DNA of 64,000 nucleotides from Sphaerodactylus townsendi (taxonomy: Eukaryota), in NCBI RefSeq assembly GCF_021028975.2, contig NC_059428.1, positions 102,176,001 to 102,240,000 on the forward strand. The letters are read 5' to 3'. The notes below the pieces were generated by a model, which was not told the DNA's origin, did no database searches, and saw only the letters and a program-made list of their open reading frames with translations. Position 1 is the first letter of the stretch. Each line of letters starts with the position of its first letter. Position numbers and translations under genes: made by a program. Below, one piece after another: positions 43,401 through 54,284 of this stretch.

Positions 43401-46400
43401 TGTTGACTTGAGGTACAACACTAAGTTCTCTTGGTGACTTCCTGGTAGATTTAAAGACAAAATGCTGTCAAGTGAGGTTCCATAGGATCAGAGCTATATA
43501 AGTTCACAACCGTTAAATTCAAAATGGGCTTCCATGGTAAAAACAACCACATTTTCAATAAATGTCTTCTTCAGTGGAATAATATATAAATATATTGTCG
43601 AAGGCTTTCACGGCCGGAATCACTTGGGTGCTGTGTGGTTTCCGGGCTGTATGGCTGTGTTCTAGCAGCATTCTCTCCTGACGTTTCGCCTGCATCTGTG
43701 GCTGGCAGCCCGGAAACCACACAGCACCCAAATATATAAATATATATTAATATCAATATCTATCTATATCTACATATCTATCTATATCTATATGTCATGA
43801 TTTAATCTTGGGATATAAATATAGCAAAAAGTAGCTTCAAAAAAGCATCTCAAACCAGCTATGTCACACTTGTGAACTTGTACGGCTCTTGATTGTAAGC
43901 TGCTATGTATGACATGGATTTATGATATAGGAATGACTTGCCATATTTGTATATATTTTGATTGCGTTACACTTTAAATTTCTTTCACATCTTCTCTGCT
44001 TGAGAGTGATTTTCTACGCAGCAGCCAGGAGCACAGTGATTTTGTTTTTCCTTGCTGTTTTACACTGTACCCCATTTTGAAGAGTTTGAAGAAGAGTTTG
44101 GATTTATATCCCCCCTTTCTCTCCTGCAGGAGACTCAAAGGGGCTTACAATCTCCTTGCCCTTCCTCCCTCACAACAAACACCCTGTGAGGTAGGTAGGG
44201 TTTTGTATAGTTTGTATAGTTTTGGTTTGTATAGTTACTTGTTGAATAGAGCCATGGATAATCTTCTCCTCATATAAAAGTACCTTTAGTTGATAATGAA
44301 GCTATGGAAAGCATTCTCTTCTCTCCACGGTGGCAAAGAGAAAACTACGAGAGGAGCACCGTGACTGTTAAATGACTGTTTAGGCAGGTAAGCCCTGGTT
44401 GCAGTGTGAGACGGGGAGGGGCAGCACTCCAGAGCACAGAACTCTCTAGAATCTTTGGAAATCTAACCTCAATTGCTAGCTTAGCTGGCACAGTCCCATG
44501 TTAAACTGCACAGAAGACACACATGGCTGCCACCCAGAACAGCAGCTTTGGGTCTCCTTGTGGTTCTCCTCCTGATAAAGGGCAGTAATAGAACATGAGT
44601 GAGATAAGTGTTGCTAGAATTTCCCTTTCCCTGTTCATTGCACAGAACCCATCATTTTTTTATTGGTGTACAAGGCCAGGGAGAGGGGGAAATGTGGGAT
44701 CATTGCTTTTGGCAGAAGTGTTACAGTCCTATTCCTAAAGTATCGCTGCTGCTTAAGACAGCCCAGGCTTCTCTTGAAGGCCACCAAGATAACATTCTTC
44801 AGACTGTGGCACACGGCACCAATGATAAATATGCTGGCTATTCACTATGCCACTATGCCAAGCGGCTTCTTATTGTAAACGTAATAATATAACCATAATA
44901 GGTTACCTCCTTGTAAAATCAGCTGGCTGGAATCCTGTTTAGATTTCCACACATGCAAGGGAAGGCAGTTATTTAATTAATTAAATTTATATCCTGCCCT
45001 CCCCAACTGAGACCGGGCTCAGGGCAGTATACAAACATCATTAAAATCACTTACAAAATTTAAAGAAAAATTTAAATCCAAGATGGTGAAAACTTTGACC
45101 CATAAACAAACTCGGCCCGTTTTTTGTTGATCTCCCCTCTCACATGAAACCTTTGATTACTCCCAAGCTATTCCTGGGAAAGTCTGTCCCCAGGAGCAAC
45201 TAAAATTAACCCCCTTGTCCCCATAGAAATCCAGGCATTGCTGTACTATCACAAGGTTTGTTACTCACTTTAAGCCCTGAATCCCAAGTCACTTTGTCAT
45301 TAAAATTGTAAGAGGCATTGAAAACCCCAGGAGAATGGAAGTCACCTCTTTTGGCTGCTGTGTTACTTACAGTCCTTTGGTTATCCTGGAAGATTTCTCT
45401 CGCCTCCTCAAACGAGCATTGCTCTTCCAGGCATTCTCGCTTCAGTGACCCTGTTTTCAGTTCTTCCAGGAAGGAGTTCGCTCGCTTTTTCCTTTGCAGC
45501 ATATTGCTAGCTTCCTTGTGATTCAAGAAAACTTTGAAAAGAAATTATTGGCTGGTTGCATTCACTCTGTGTGGTGATGCCAAACAGGCCCAGCTGCCCA
45601 GTGGGAAACACACACAAAGCTGCCTTATAGTGAATCAAACTCTTGGTCCATCCCTGTCAGTATTGTCTACTCAGGATGCCCTCTGTTCTTCAGAGGCTTA
45701 GGCAGAGGTCTTTTAAACATATCCTACTGCCAGAGTCATTAAGTAGAGATGTTGGGGATTGAACCTGAGACCTTCTGAATGCCAAGGAGATGCTCTGAAC
45801 CATGCCTCTGCAGGGGCACCTCACCCCCCACCCCGCCCATATTCCCCTCTCACTGTTTCTTCTTTCCCTTCTCCTGGCATCCTGCATATCCTCACCATTC
45901 TTTGCTTTCTTCTCATTTACCCATAAGCCTTTCAAATACACCCCCCCATATACAGCTCTATGTATTAGTTATTTTCTTGATAATTTCCCCCCCAAGGAGG
46001 ACACATTCACCATCACCATTCTCCTCCATTTTATCCTCACAATTGCCCTGTTAGTTTAGACTGGGGGAAGGTAATTAGCCCATGCCCACCAACTGAGTTT
46101 CATGGCAGGGTAGGAACTCAAACCTGGGTCTACAAGATCCTACTATGAAACTGTTAACTAGTACACCACATTGGCTTTCATGGTAAGGCTGCTTTTGAAC
46201 AGTAGCAAGCAGTCAGCCCTGGGTGAAGCATACAAATTACATGGTATTAAGCCACCCAGTGGCTGATACTAGGTTTGGCCCCAATATATCCTCCCCACGA
46301 AAGCCAAACAGGCCTTGAAAGCGCCCCCCCCTTTTTCTGGCAGAAACCAAGGCTTCAAAGTCTGGCAATACTATTGTGGTTGCCCAGCAATGACTATTGT

Positions 46401-49400
46401 TGGTGCTCAATTCTCAACACTATTATTTTGGGGGAGAAAATCCACTTTTAAGGGCTGAGATTTTTCTGCCAACCTGGGTCATTTTTCATATTTTTCTAGC
46501 CATACCTCGAATCTCTTATAAGTATCCATAGGTTTGGCCATATTGTGATTTAAATAGAGTGATTGGTCATGGCATATTACATCCCTATAGAAAGTTTTGG
46601 GAATTGTTGTTTAGTTTTATCATCAGTCAACAGGCAAGGGATAACTGGTTGGGATCCAAAATCTTGCATACTCTCTACAGAGTTCCTCCACACTTTTCTT
46701 TGAGCATCAGGCACCCTTGCCATATCAGAAATTGGGGACTATTCATGCAGAGGCGTAGTTGGGCCAGAGTGCGCCCGGTGCGCACTCTGGCTTTTTCGCC
46801 CCCCCCCCCCGCAGCGGCGCCCCTCTCCCACTTCCACTCACTTTAGAAAACCGAGCAGGCTGGAGAACAGGCTTTCCTGTTCTGGTGGGAATGATATTTC
46901 CCAGGGTCTCCTGGGAAATGTAGTTCCCATCAGAACAGGAAGGCCTGTTCTGCAGCCTGCTCGGTTTCCTAAAGTAGGTGTGTAAGGGGACGCCACGGGG
47001 GGGCGTGATTCCCCCCCACGGCAGCCTTCCCGCGGCACCCCCCCACACACACTTACTTTAGGAAACCGAGCAGGCTGCAGAACAGGTTTTCCTGTTCTGG
47101 TGGGAGCTACATTTCCCAGGAGACCCTGGGAAATGTAGTTCCCACCAGAACAGGAAGGCCTGTTCTCTAGCCTGCTCGGTTTTATAAAGTAAGTGTGTGT
47201 GTGGGGGCGCTGGGGGGCGGGGAAAAGGGGGAGGACCCGGGGGATTTTGCATCCCCACATGATCCAAATCCATGTGCCCGGTGTGTTGTGCACCCCCCTG
47301 TCCCCTGGGAGCTTTGCCGCTGTATTCATGCAGCACAAGGTCCCATTATGTACTTCCATTTAGTGTTAACAGAAGTCCAATGGTGTGTGCATATTACATG
47401 CACCAGCTGGTATTTTAAAAGGTATCTTTTGAGAATTTCCTCTCCCAGAATTTTCATGCTGTTCTTTGAATAAACAGTATAGAAACAAATCTTTGGTGAT
47501 GAAATAAAAGGGAACAGTCCTTTGGTCCTTGTCCTTCCTCTCTTGCTTTTCCTATCTAGTCTTGCCATGACATAATAGCTGGTTTAGCAAATAACAATGT
47601 GATTCACATTCATTTCAGATTGAACATATGCAGCAGCAGGGGTGTAGCAAGGGGGAAAAGTGCCCGGTGCACTGGTGCATCCTCCGCCCCCGTCCCACTC
47701 TGCCACACCCCCACAGGGGCTCCCGCCCGGTGTATCATGCACCCCCATCCCCTTGGAGCTACACCTCTGTGCAACAGCATCTTGCCATCTTGTGTGTTCA
47801 TTGAATGTGTCTGAAATTAGACCCTCTTTTTTAATCATGAACAGAATATCCAAGAGGACTACATGTGCTGAACGCCACAGCCTATGTTATGTGTACAACT
47901 GATCCACTAGGACATTTCTCTGTTTTACCTCCTTGACTGCAAGAGCAGTATGATTATAGGAAAGGCATGAATGTATTTCAGAAGATATATTTTTATTTCT
48001 ACAATGTTAACTCAAATTACATACTCTGAACAGCTGCAACAAGTTAAATAATTAGTTAAGTCTTTGCTCTGTTCAGTTACTGAACTGCATTTTGGAGTTA
48101 AATTAAGAAGAAGAAGAGTTTGGATTTATATCCCCCTTTTCTCTCCTGCAGGAGACTCAAAGGGGCTTACAATCTCCTTGCCCTTCCCCACTCACAACAA
48201 ACACCCTGTGAGGTGGGTGGGGATGAGAGAGCTCTGAGAAGCTGTGACTAGCCCAAGGTCACCCAGCTGGTGTGTGTGTGAGTGTACAGGCTAATCTGAA
48301 TTCCCCAGATAAGCCTCCACAGCTCAGGCGGCAGAGTTGGGAATCAAACCTGGTTCCTCCAGATTAGATACACGAGCTCCTAACCTCCTACGCCACTGCT
48401 GCTCCTTGCTTGTGAATAACGCCTTCAAACTCTCTCCATAGAAGAATGTAAAATATAGTTTAAAATATCTTGCTCTGAATGATCCATCTTGAATTAGAGA
48501 TAGACTGCAAAATGGAACGATCAAATTACTGCGAGGATCATTTGTGAAGGATTCTTCTAATGGACAGCCTGCACACTATTAATTTACTGAATATTAAAAA
48601 CCCACTATTAAAGTCACAGCCCTTAGTTTGCAAGACCTGAACAAGGCTGTTAACCAGAAGAAGAAGAAGAAGAGGAAGAGGGAGAAGAAGAGCTGGATTT
48701 ATATTCCCCCCTTTTCTCCTGTAAGCAGACTCAAAGGGGCTTACAAACTCCTTTCCCTTTCCCCCTCACAACAAACACTCTGTGAGGTAGAGCTGTGAGA
48801 GCTCTGAAGAACTGTGACTAGCCCTGAGCCTTCGGGGAGGGCGGTATACAAATATAATAAATAAATAAATAAATAAATAAAGTCACCCAGCTGGTGTGTG
48901 TGGGAGTGCACAGACTAATCTAGTTCCCCAGATAAACTTCCACAGCTCAAGTGGCAAAGTGGGGAATCAAACCCAGTTCTCCAGATTAGAATGCACCTGC
49001 TCTTAACCACTACACCACATAAAGAGTTGCCATGAGTCAGAAGCAACTCGACGGCACTTATGCACACAAATTATGCATATACATTCCCTATTCAACTTTT
49101 TACATCTGTCCCCCAAACAGTATTCAAATGATTAAAAAACAAATCTCTTATAATTATGGTAAACAATTTCGAAATGAATTTGTAGATATTTAAATATATA
49201 GAAGTCTAACAGTGCAATCCTATGCAGAATTACTCCAATCTAAGCCCATTTCTTTATAGCATTCTTTACAGCTTGCCCTGTAGCTTCAATTGGTCCAAAT
49301 GTGCTTATATCTGAATGTACAGTACTAAGCAATTGATAATGTTGCTTTTAAATTATATGAGAAGATCAAATCTGCTGATGTTCTCATCTCGTAGTTTGAA

Positions 49401-49554
49401 ACCTGAAAAACTGATGTAACTGTGAAGCACTAGATTTACAAAGTGATTATTATTATTATTGTAGATTTCACAGCTGCCAGATCTTTAGCTGGTTGTTGGC
49501 CTTCATTACAATTTGAGCCTTACCCAGAAGCCTAGGAAGTTGTAATTTATTGGC

Positions 49555-49631
<77 letters not shown>

Positions 49632-49887
49632 GCCCAACCCCAGGCTTTTCTGTTCCGACAATTAGGGTAAAGGAATAAACACCACTATCTTGCAAAACAG
49701 TTTCAAATTGAGCAAATAAAGACTGTGTAATATTTTTTTTGTTCAGAGAGTCTTTCATGAGAAAATGAACTGCTATAATATTTATAAATGCAAATTTGAT
49801 CATCTCATAAATCATACCTGCGGCCGGCAAAAGAGGATAGACCAAGAAAAGACATAGAACCAGAATGCTGTAGTGACAGGAAGCCAT
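24909..49887 (-). CDS. F7: Coagulation factor VII, complete 8-exon gene; join(49887-49818,45531-45371,39219-39195,39107-38994,31060-30920,29146-29040,27873-27753,25450-24909) = 1281 nt, 426 aa
   Basis: Exon sizes 70/161/25/114/141/107/121/542, GT-AG, in frame. Gla ANSFLEEL, no activation peptide (EGR|IVGG), short intron 3, intact triad, position between MCF2L and F10. Confidence 0.95.
27471..27624. mobile_element. GC-rich hAT-type MITE
   Basis: TIR cagaggcgt / atgcctctg, TSD aagggagg. Confidence 0.88.
27753..27873 (-). CDS. F7: F7 exon 7 (protease, His57)
   Basis: [40 protein letters not shown]; 121 nt; translated by hand. Confidence 0.95.
28613..28707 (-). mobile_element. Second Penelope family pseudo-LTR remnant with degenerate hammerhead in F7 intron 6
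   Basis: GGTAT-CTGATGA-AGGGAC-CTTTGA-CTCTT-GAAAGCTC on the minus strand. Confidence 0.6.
29040..29146 (-). CDS. F7: F7 exon 6 (activation site)
   Basis: [20 protein letters not shown]|[15 protein letters not shown]; 107 nt; absent from the ORF track, translated by hand. Confidence 0.95.
29640..29990 (-). mobile_element. L2 LINE ORF2 3' fragment
   Basis: Minus-strand translation [31 protein letters not shown] resembles L2 LHWLPV..RI.FK.L.LTFKAL..LGP.YL. Confidence 0.7.
30920..31060 (-). CDS. F7: F7 exon 5 (EGF2)
   Basis: [46 protein letters not shown]; 141 nt. Confidence 0.95.
31260..31522. repeat. G-rich minisatellite-like array (left half; continues at 38181-38385 after the Gypsy insertion)
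   Basis: Repeated unit containing gggcccggcatctgggcatggccca on both sides of the LTR element. Confidence 0.8.
31849..34111 (-). pseudogene. Gypsy RT-thumb/RNase H/integrase/chromodomain, frameshifted
   Basis: ORFs 32924-34168, 32494-33024 and 31849-32481 give consecutive pol segments. Confidence 0.9.
34112..34330 (-). mobile_element. CR1 LINE 3' fragment inserted in the Gypsy RT
   Basis: (TTCTTATG)n tail, ctggactagatggac 3' motif, ORF2 end YGYQS*; splits the RT motif MDY|LGY with a 3-nt ata overlap. Confidence 0.85.
34313..37759 (-). pseudogene. Gypsy gag-PR-RT reading frame interrupted by TGA at 36074-36076
   Basis: ORFs 36074-37759 and 34313-36028 are in the same frame; the stop is probably CGA>TGA. 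Confidence 0.9.
38994..39107 (-). CDS. F7: F7 exon 4 (EGF1)
   Basis: [37 protein letters not shown]; 114 nt. Confidence 0.95.
39195..39219 (-). CDS. F7: F7 exon 3 (MEFWKTYT)
   Basis: 25 nt, ctcag| and |gtaag. Confidence 0.93.
39477..42828 (-). mobile_element. 5'-truncated L1/Tx1-like LINE in F7 intron 2
   Basis: EN end [32 protein letters not shown] in broken ORFs; 17-bp TSD ctgtag(c/t)tacaatcctc (39460-39476 / 42829-42845). Confidence 0.92.
43154..43272. repeat. ~60-bp tandem duplication
   Basis: aaattcttgtca(t)..tagcttgcaatcaaataaatgtaata occurs twice. Confidence 0.85.
43595..43730 (-). mobile_element. Penelope pseudo-LTR mini-insertion with partial hammerhead
   Basis: GGC-GAAAC-GTC-AGG on the minus strand, short inverted 5' end, 14-bp TSD aatatataaatata. 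Confidence 0.75.
45371..45531 (-). CDS. F7: F7 exon 2 (propeptide + Gla)
   Basis: [54 protein letters not shown]; 161 nt. Confidence 0.96.
45612..45800 (-). mobile_element. tRNA-derived SINE (Squam2-like), diverged
   Basis: ggggattgaacctgagaccttct B-box region and gctgccttata tail. Confidence 0.55.
46748..47322. mobile_element. GC-rich hAT-type MITE with two internal ~130-bp palindromes
   Basis: TSD tattcatg; duplicated unit aaaaccgagcaggct...cctgctcggttt. Confidence 0.85.
47637..47769. mobile_element. GC-rich hAT-type MITE
   Basis: TIR caggggtgtagc / gctacacctctg, TSD tgca(g/a)cag. Confidence 0.85.
48107..48405 (-). mobile_element. tRNA-headed SINE (Squam3-like)
   Basis: Family homology within the window. 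Confidence 0.85.
48657..49018 (-). mobile_element. tRNA-headed SINE (Squam3-like) interrupted by a short L2-type 3' end with (AAAT)n tail
   Basis: Family homology; insert at ~48825-48880. Confidence 0.8.
49556..49630. repeat. (TTA)n microsatellite in F7 intron 1
   Basis: About 25 perfect trinucleotide units. Confidence 0.97.
49818..49887 (-). CDS. F7: F7 exon 1 (signal peptide [23 protein letters not shown])
   Basis: ATG 49887-49885, 70 nt, donor G|gtatg, conserved promoter motifs immediately upstream. Confidence 0.9.
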
Positions 49888-49940
49888 GATGAAACTGAGC
49901 AGTGACCAAATAGTGAGCTGATATTTCAGCAAGACCTTTC

Positions 49941-49985
49941 TGACCAAAGTTCTCTGCTTCAGTTGCTTTTGTGGGAGGAGGGGTG
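49941..49985 (-). promoter_or_regulatory. F7 proximal promoter: HNF4 site (GCAGAGAACTTTGGTCA) and Sp1-like CCCCTCCTCCC
   Basis: ACTTTG core at -63..-58 from the ATG, C-rich box at about -86..-96; same arrangement as the human F7 promoter. Confidence 0.8.
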
Positions 49986-51146
49986 CTGTGGCTTTGGAGG
50001 AGGAAGAATTGAAACTGTAACATCCAGCATAAGTTAACAGCCAATGATGTAGCTGATAATGCTGGATTTAGGGAATAATCTTAAGCAGGCAAACAACGAC
50101 AACACGTTACACAACAGACTATGGCTAATTATTGCAACTTTATCCATGGCAACACCTATTCGATATGTATAACATTCAGTTTTGTAAAGTAATATTATAA
50201 GTGTCATCAAATGGACAGCTGTCCCAAATGTGCAGAGGGTAAATATCAAAAGCATTCATGTCTATACAAGAAATTCTACGGTCCTAATAATGAAGAATCT
50301 TCCAAATGGGCAGAGAACATAAATGATAACCTTGCAAATTGCAGACGGAAGGAGCCCTAATCTTTGGCTGTGCGCAATTAGGAGTCCTTCCAAGCATGTA
50401 ATGAATGTATGGAACTGAACGTCTAGTACTTGAATGATGTTTTCGAAAAGCTATTTCTTCTTCAGAGTTATCCTCTGTATATTTTTAAATAAGGTCCACC
50501 ATGGAAGGTGTTATGTAATACATAAATAAAAATTTACTTCTACTGCAAAACAGTGTTTATTGTAACACAACACATTGTGTTTATATTATTTTTTGCCAAT
50601 GTCAGAAGATTTACGTGTGGATTACCTTACACCAGATCAAAATTAGAATCAGTGAACACAGAAGCGCAATCTGCAGTAAGAATGAAGAAGTGCCTCTTGT
50701 ACAACATTTCTTACAGGCACATCATACGGATCGTGACATCAGATTTGCTGTCTTATAGACATAAAACATAAAAACATGTTTATTAATACTTTAAGCAGAA
50801 TTTATACTTCAGGCAGAAAATTGTTTTCTTTTTAGTTTCAAAGTCTTAATAGTACATTAGACTTCTCATGCCATCTTTAACCTTGTAAACTTTCTCTTTA
50901 AAATGTGTATACTCAGTTCCACAGCTGCTGTTGATTTATAGCATACATAACAGAGCATCCGCTCCAGCTGGGTACACTCAATTAGAGCCACGGAAGGGAA
51001 AGCAGCTGTTCGGAGAGACTTGTAAGCAAAAAATAAAATTAAAATTTATACATTGTTTTTCAACATTGATTCAATAATATATAACAATAGGAAGTCAAGT
51101 AAAATGATATACTGGTATGTTATTGCTAGGATGTTTATACCTAGGA

Positions 51147-52415
51147 CATGGACGTAGGTAAGGGGGGGGGGGTTCTTGGGTTTGAACCCCACCATTCATG
51201 TCTGAAGCTCCGCCTCTCCGTTTGTGGGTTTTTAAAACATTTTAGTGCTTTTTCGGTTTTTGGCCTGCAGGGGGCGCATTGTTTGGGCTAGCATCACCAA
51301 ACTGTCATGGATTGTTTGGGGGACTCTCCTGATGATACTACCCAAGTTTGGTGAGGTTTGGTTCAGGGAGTCCAACGTTATGGACTCCCAAAGGGGGTGC
51401 CCCATCCTCCATTGTTTCCAATGAGAGCTAATAGAAGATGGGGGCTACACTTTTGAGGGTCCATAACTTTGGACCCCCTGAACCAAACTTCACCAAACCT
51501 GGGTGGTATCATTAGGAGACACTCCTAAAGATACCCTGAAAGTTTGGTGCTTCTAGCTTAACAATTGCACCCCTGACAATAGGCACCCCCCAAATTTCCC
51601 CAGATTCTCCTTTTAAATCCACCCCCTTCGGCATCGATTTAAAGGGAGAATCTGAGGTCCTCAGATTAGAAGAAGAAGAAGAAGAAGAAGAGTTTGGATT
51701 TATATCCCCCCTTTCTCTCCTGTAGGAGACTCAAAGGGGCTTACAATCTCCTTGCCCTTGCTCCCTCACAACAAACACCCTGTGAGGTGGGTGGGCTGAG
51801 AGAGCTCCAAAAAGCTGTGACTAGCCCAAGGTCACCCAGCTGGCATGTGTGGGAGTGTACAGGCTAATTTGAATTCCCTAGAGAAGCCTCCACAGCTCAG
51901 GCGGCAGAGCGGAGAATCAAACCCGGTTCCTCCAGATTAGAATGCACCTGCTCTTAACCACTACGCCACATCGAAAGTGATGCTGTTTCAGGGTGGGGGA
52001 TAATCCACCCCAAAACAGCATCACTTTCAATATTGTTTAACTGGGGTCCCCAGATTCTCCCTTTAAGGTGGATTTAAAAGGAGAATTTGGGCTCTCTAGT
52101 TTAAACAACATTGAAAGTGATGCTGTTTGGGGGTGGATTCAACTTATCCCTGTGACTGCCTGGGGGGGGGGCTCAGATTTTACACCAGGCTCCATTTCCC
52201 TCTATGCCTCTGCCAGAGGGAGGGGCAGGGGGGAGGGGCAGGGACAGAGAGGAGTCTGCCATCCCGACCTCTCGGGAAGAGCATGCTTTTATTAAGTGCT
52301 AGGAGCCAGAGGAGGGGCTTGGGGGGGCGTGACCATGCCCTAGGGAGACAGGCATGGGAGTGTGGCCCCACCCCAAATTACATCCATAAAAAATCCAGTA
52401 CCCTCACCGTACCTG
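51147..52415. mobile_element. hAT-type non-autonomous element nested in the Penelope element
   Basis: TSD acct(a/g)gga; shares core with 23379-24158; contains SINE 51668-51968. Confidence 0.8.
51668..51968 (-). mobile_element. tRNA-headed SINE (Squam3-like) nested in a hAT element
   Basis: Family homology. Confidence 0.85.
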
Positions 52416-54284
52416 ACCTGGGATGTTTATTGCTAGGAAGTCTTGTTACACCTTTAAATGTTTTGAAGTAGAAGCAAATTTTTATTTATGTATTACAGAA
52501 CACCTTCCATGGTGGACTTTATTTAAAAATATACTGAGGTAACTCTAAAGAAGAAATAGCTTTTCGAAAACGTCATTCAAGTATTGGACGTTCAGCTCCT
52601 CACATTCATTATGTGTTTGGAAGGACTCCTAATTGCGCACAGCCGAAGATAAGGGTTCCTTCCGTCTGCAATTTGTAAGGTTATCGTTTATGCTCTCTGC
52701 CCATTTGGAGGATTCTTCATTATTAGGACAATTCAGCCAATACAGACTCATGGTTCATGAATATATGAATGAACTGCATTGAATTGCTTTGTATCACTGT
52801 GTGATTTAATTTCTTGTATAGTCTTGTATAGACATGAATGCTTTTGATACTTACACTCTGCACATTAAGGCGGCTGTCCATTTGATGACACTTATATTAC
52901 TTTACAAAACTGAATGTTATATATATCGAATACGCGTTGCCATTGATAAAGTTGCAATAATTAGCCATAGCCTGGTGTGTAATGTGTTGTTGTTTGCCTG
53001 ATTGTCACATTTCACACATTCTTTTTGCTTGGTTTAAATAATCTTAAACAGGTCTACTGAGAAGTTATATTTTATTCTCTGGGGCTTACTCCTAGGCAAA
53101 ATGTTTTTAGGATTGCAGCCTTAGGGCCACTCCCACCCCCTCATGGCTGTTTTGGCAGTTAAAAAGGCATAAGTGGGAAGGGAACACTATGATTGGTATT
53201 GGGCCTGCATAGCATTTCTAAATGACTTTAAAATGGCAGTAGTGTTCTTGTGATGGCCAGTTGGATGTTGGTACATCATTTGACCCTCAGTGGATTGAGG
53301 TTCCTACTTGGCCAACACACTTCCTGATACTGGATCAGCTGTACACACATTGTGATATGAACTATATATGCCACCTTTAGCTAGTATACAAATGGTAACC
53401 CAACATTTCTTTAAATATGCTATTTTTGTTATCTTTATGTACTACTGAGGAAAAAACTTAAGCAGTGGTTACTAGTGGAATCAAGATGCAGATGTCTAGT
53501 GTAATCTTATGTGGAATAATTCCAGGCTAATCAGTCGGCTCAGGATTTCACTGAAAATGGCTTTTTTAAGGGGGAAAAAATCTTAAATTTGTTGAATGTC
53601 CCAACCAGAGATTTTATGAAGGTTAGAACAGGGTGATTAGGCTGAGAAGCTGGTTGCCTTCCTATTCAAGCAAGCTCTCCTTTGACCATCAGAGTAGTTT
53701 GGGTCATGCAACCCACCCTACATGAACAGTGATCTAGACTTGGACCTAGCTCATTACTTATCTTTCTATCCCTTATTGGTCCAGTGCAGACATAATATTT
53801 ACTGATTACTTGAAAATAGTTTTACAGATTTGAAGAGTATTCCATGGGCTCTCACGCTCATTCCTTCATTCCCCCTTCCATGCCCAAATTTAGTGTAGAA
53901 AAAGGGGAAAAGGGTGATCACCCAAAAAGATTATGCTGGAAACCATGTGAACTGCATGGATAAAAGCCATGTAGCACAAGGCTATAGTAAGGAGAATAAC
54001 TGAGCAAGACTGAGTGAAAATGTTGGTTGCATTCATCTCATTAAGTTCTCTCCCAATACTTGAAAATCAGAAAAAAAAAATCTAAGCATAAGTGTGCATC
54101 AAACAGGATTTTCTGGTTTAGGCGGAATGCTTCCATAACTTAGGATGCATAGCACAGGCACAATTTCTCACTTACTTCAAGCAGAGGAGGGGACCTATGT
54201 TCCCACTGTAACAGTTTTGATACACTGTGGTGACCATGAAACAACAGACCACATATTCCACCACCAAGCCTGTTGTGAGACCCA

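Larger units (their letters stand above)
50086..53036 (+). mobile_element. Decayed Penelope-like element (GIY-YIG remnant) with inverted pseudo-LTR, carrying a nested MITE and SINE
   Basis: 50561-50880 translates to CNTTHCVYIIFCQCQKIYVWIT..IKIRISEHRSAI...PLVQHF...LNSTLDFSCHL*; 50086-~50567 is an inverted copy of ~52444-53000; flanking repeat aataatcttaa(g/a)cagg. Confidence 0.82.

Noticed and set aside
24909-49887. F7 as a pseudogene
   Set aside because: All eight exons are in frame with canonical splice sites, an intact triad and a conserved promoter.
50340-50390. ADGRSPNLWLCAIRS read as a Penelope RT-EN linker
   Set aside because: It lies in the arm best explained as the inverted pseudo-LTR copy, so the resemblance may be chance; no hammerhead was recognisable in either arm.
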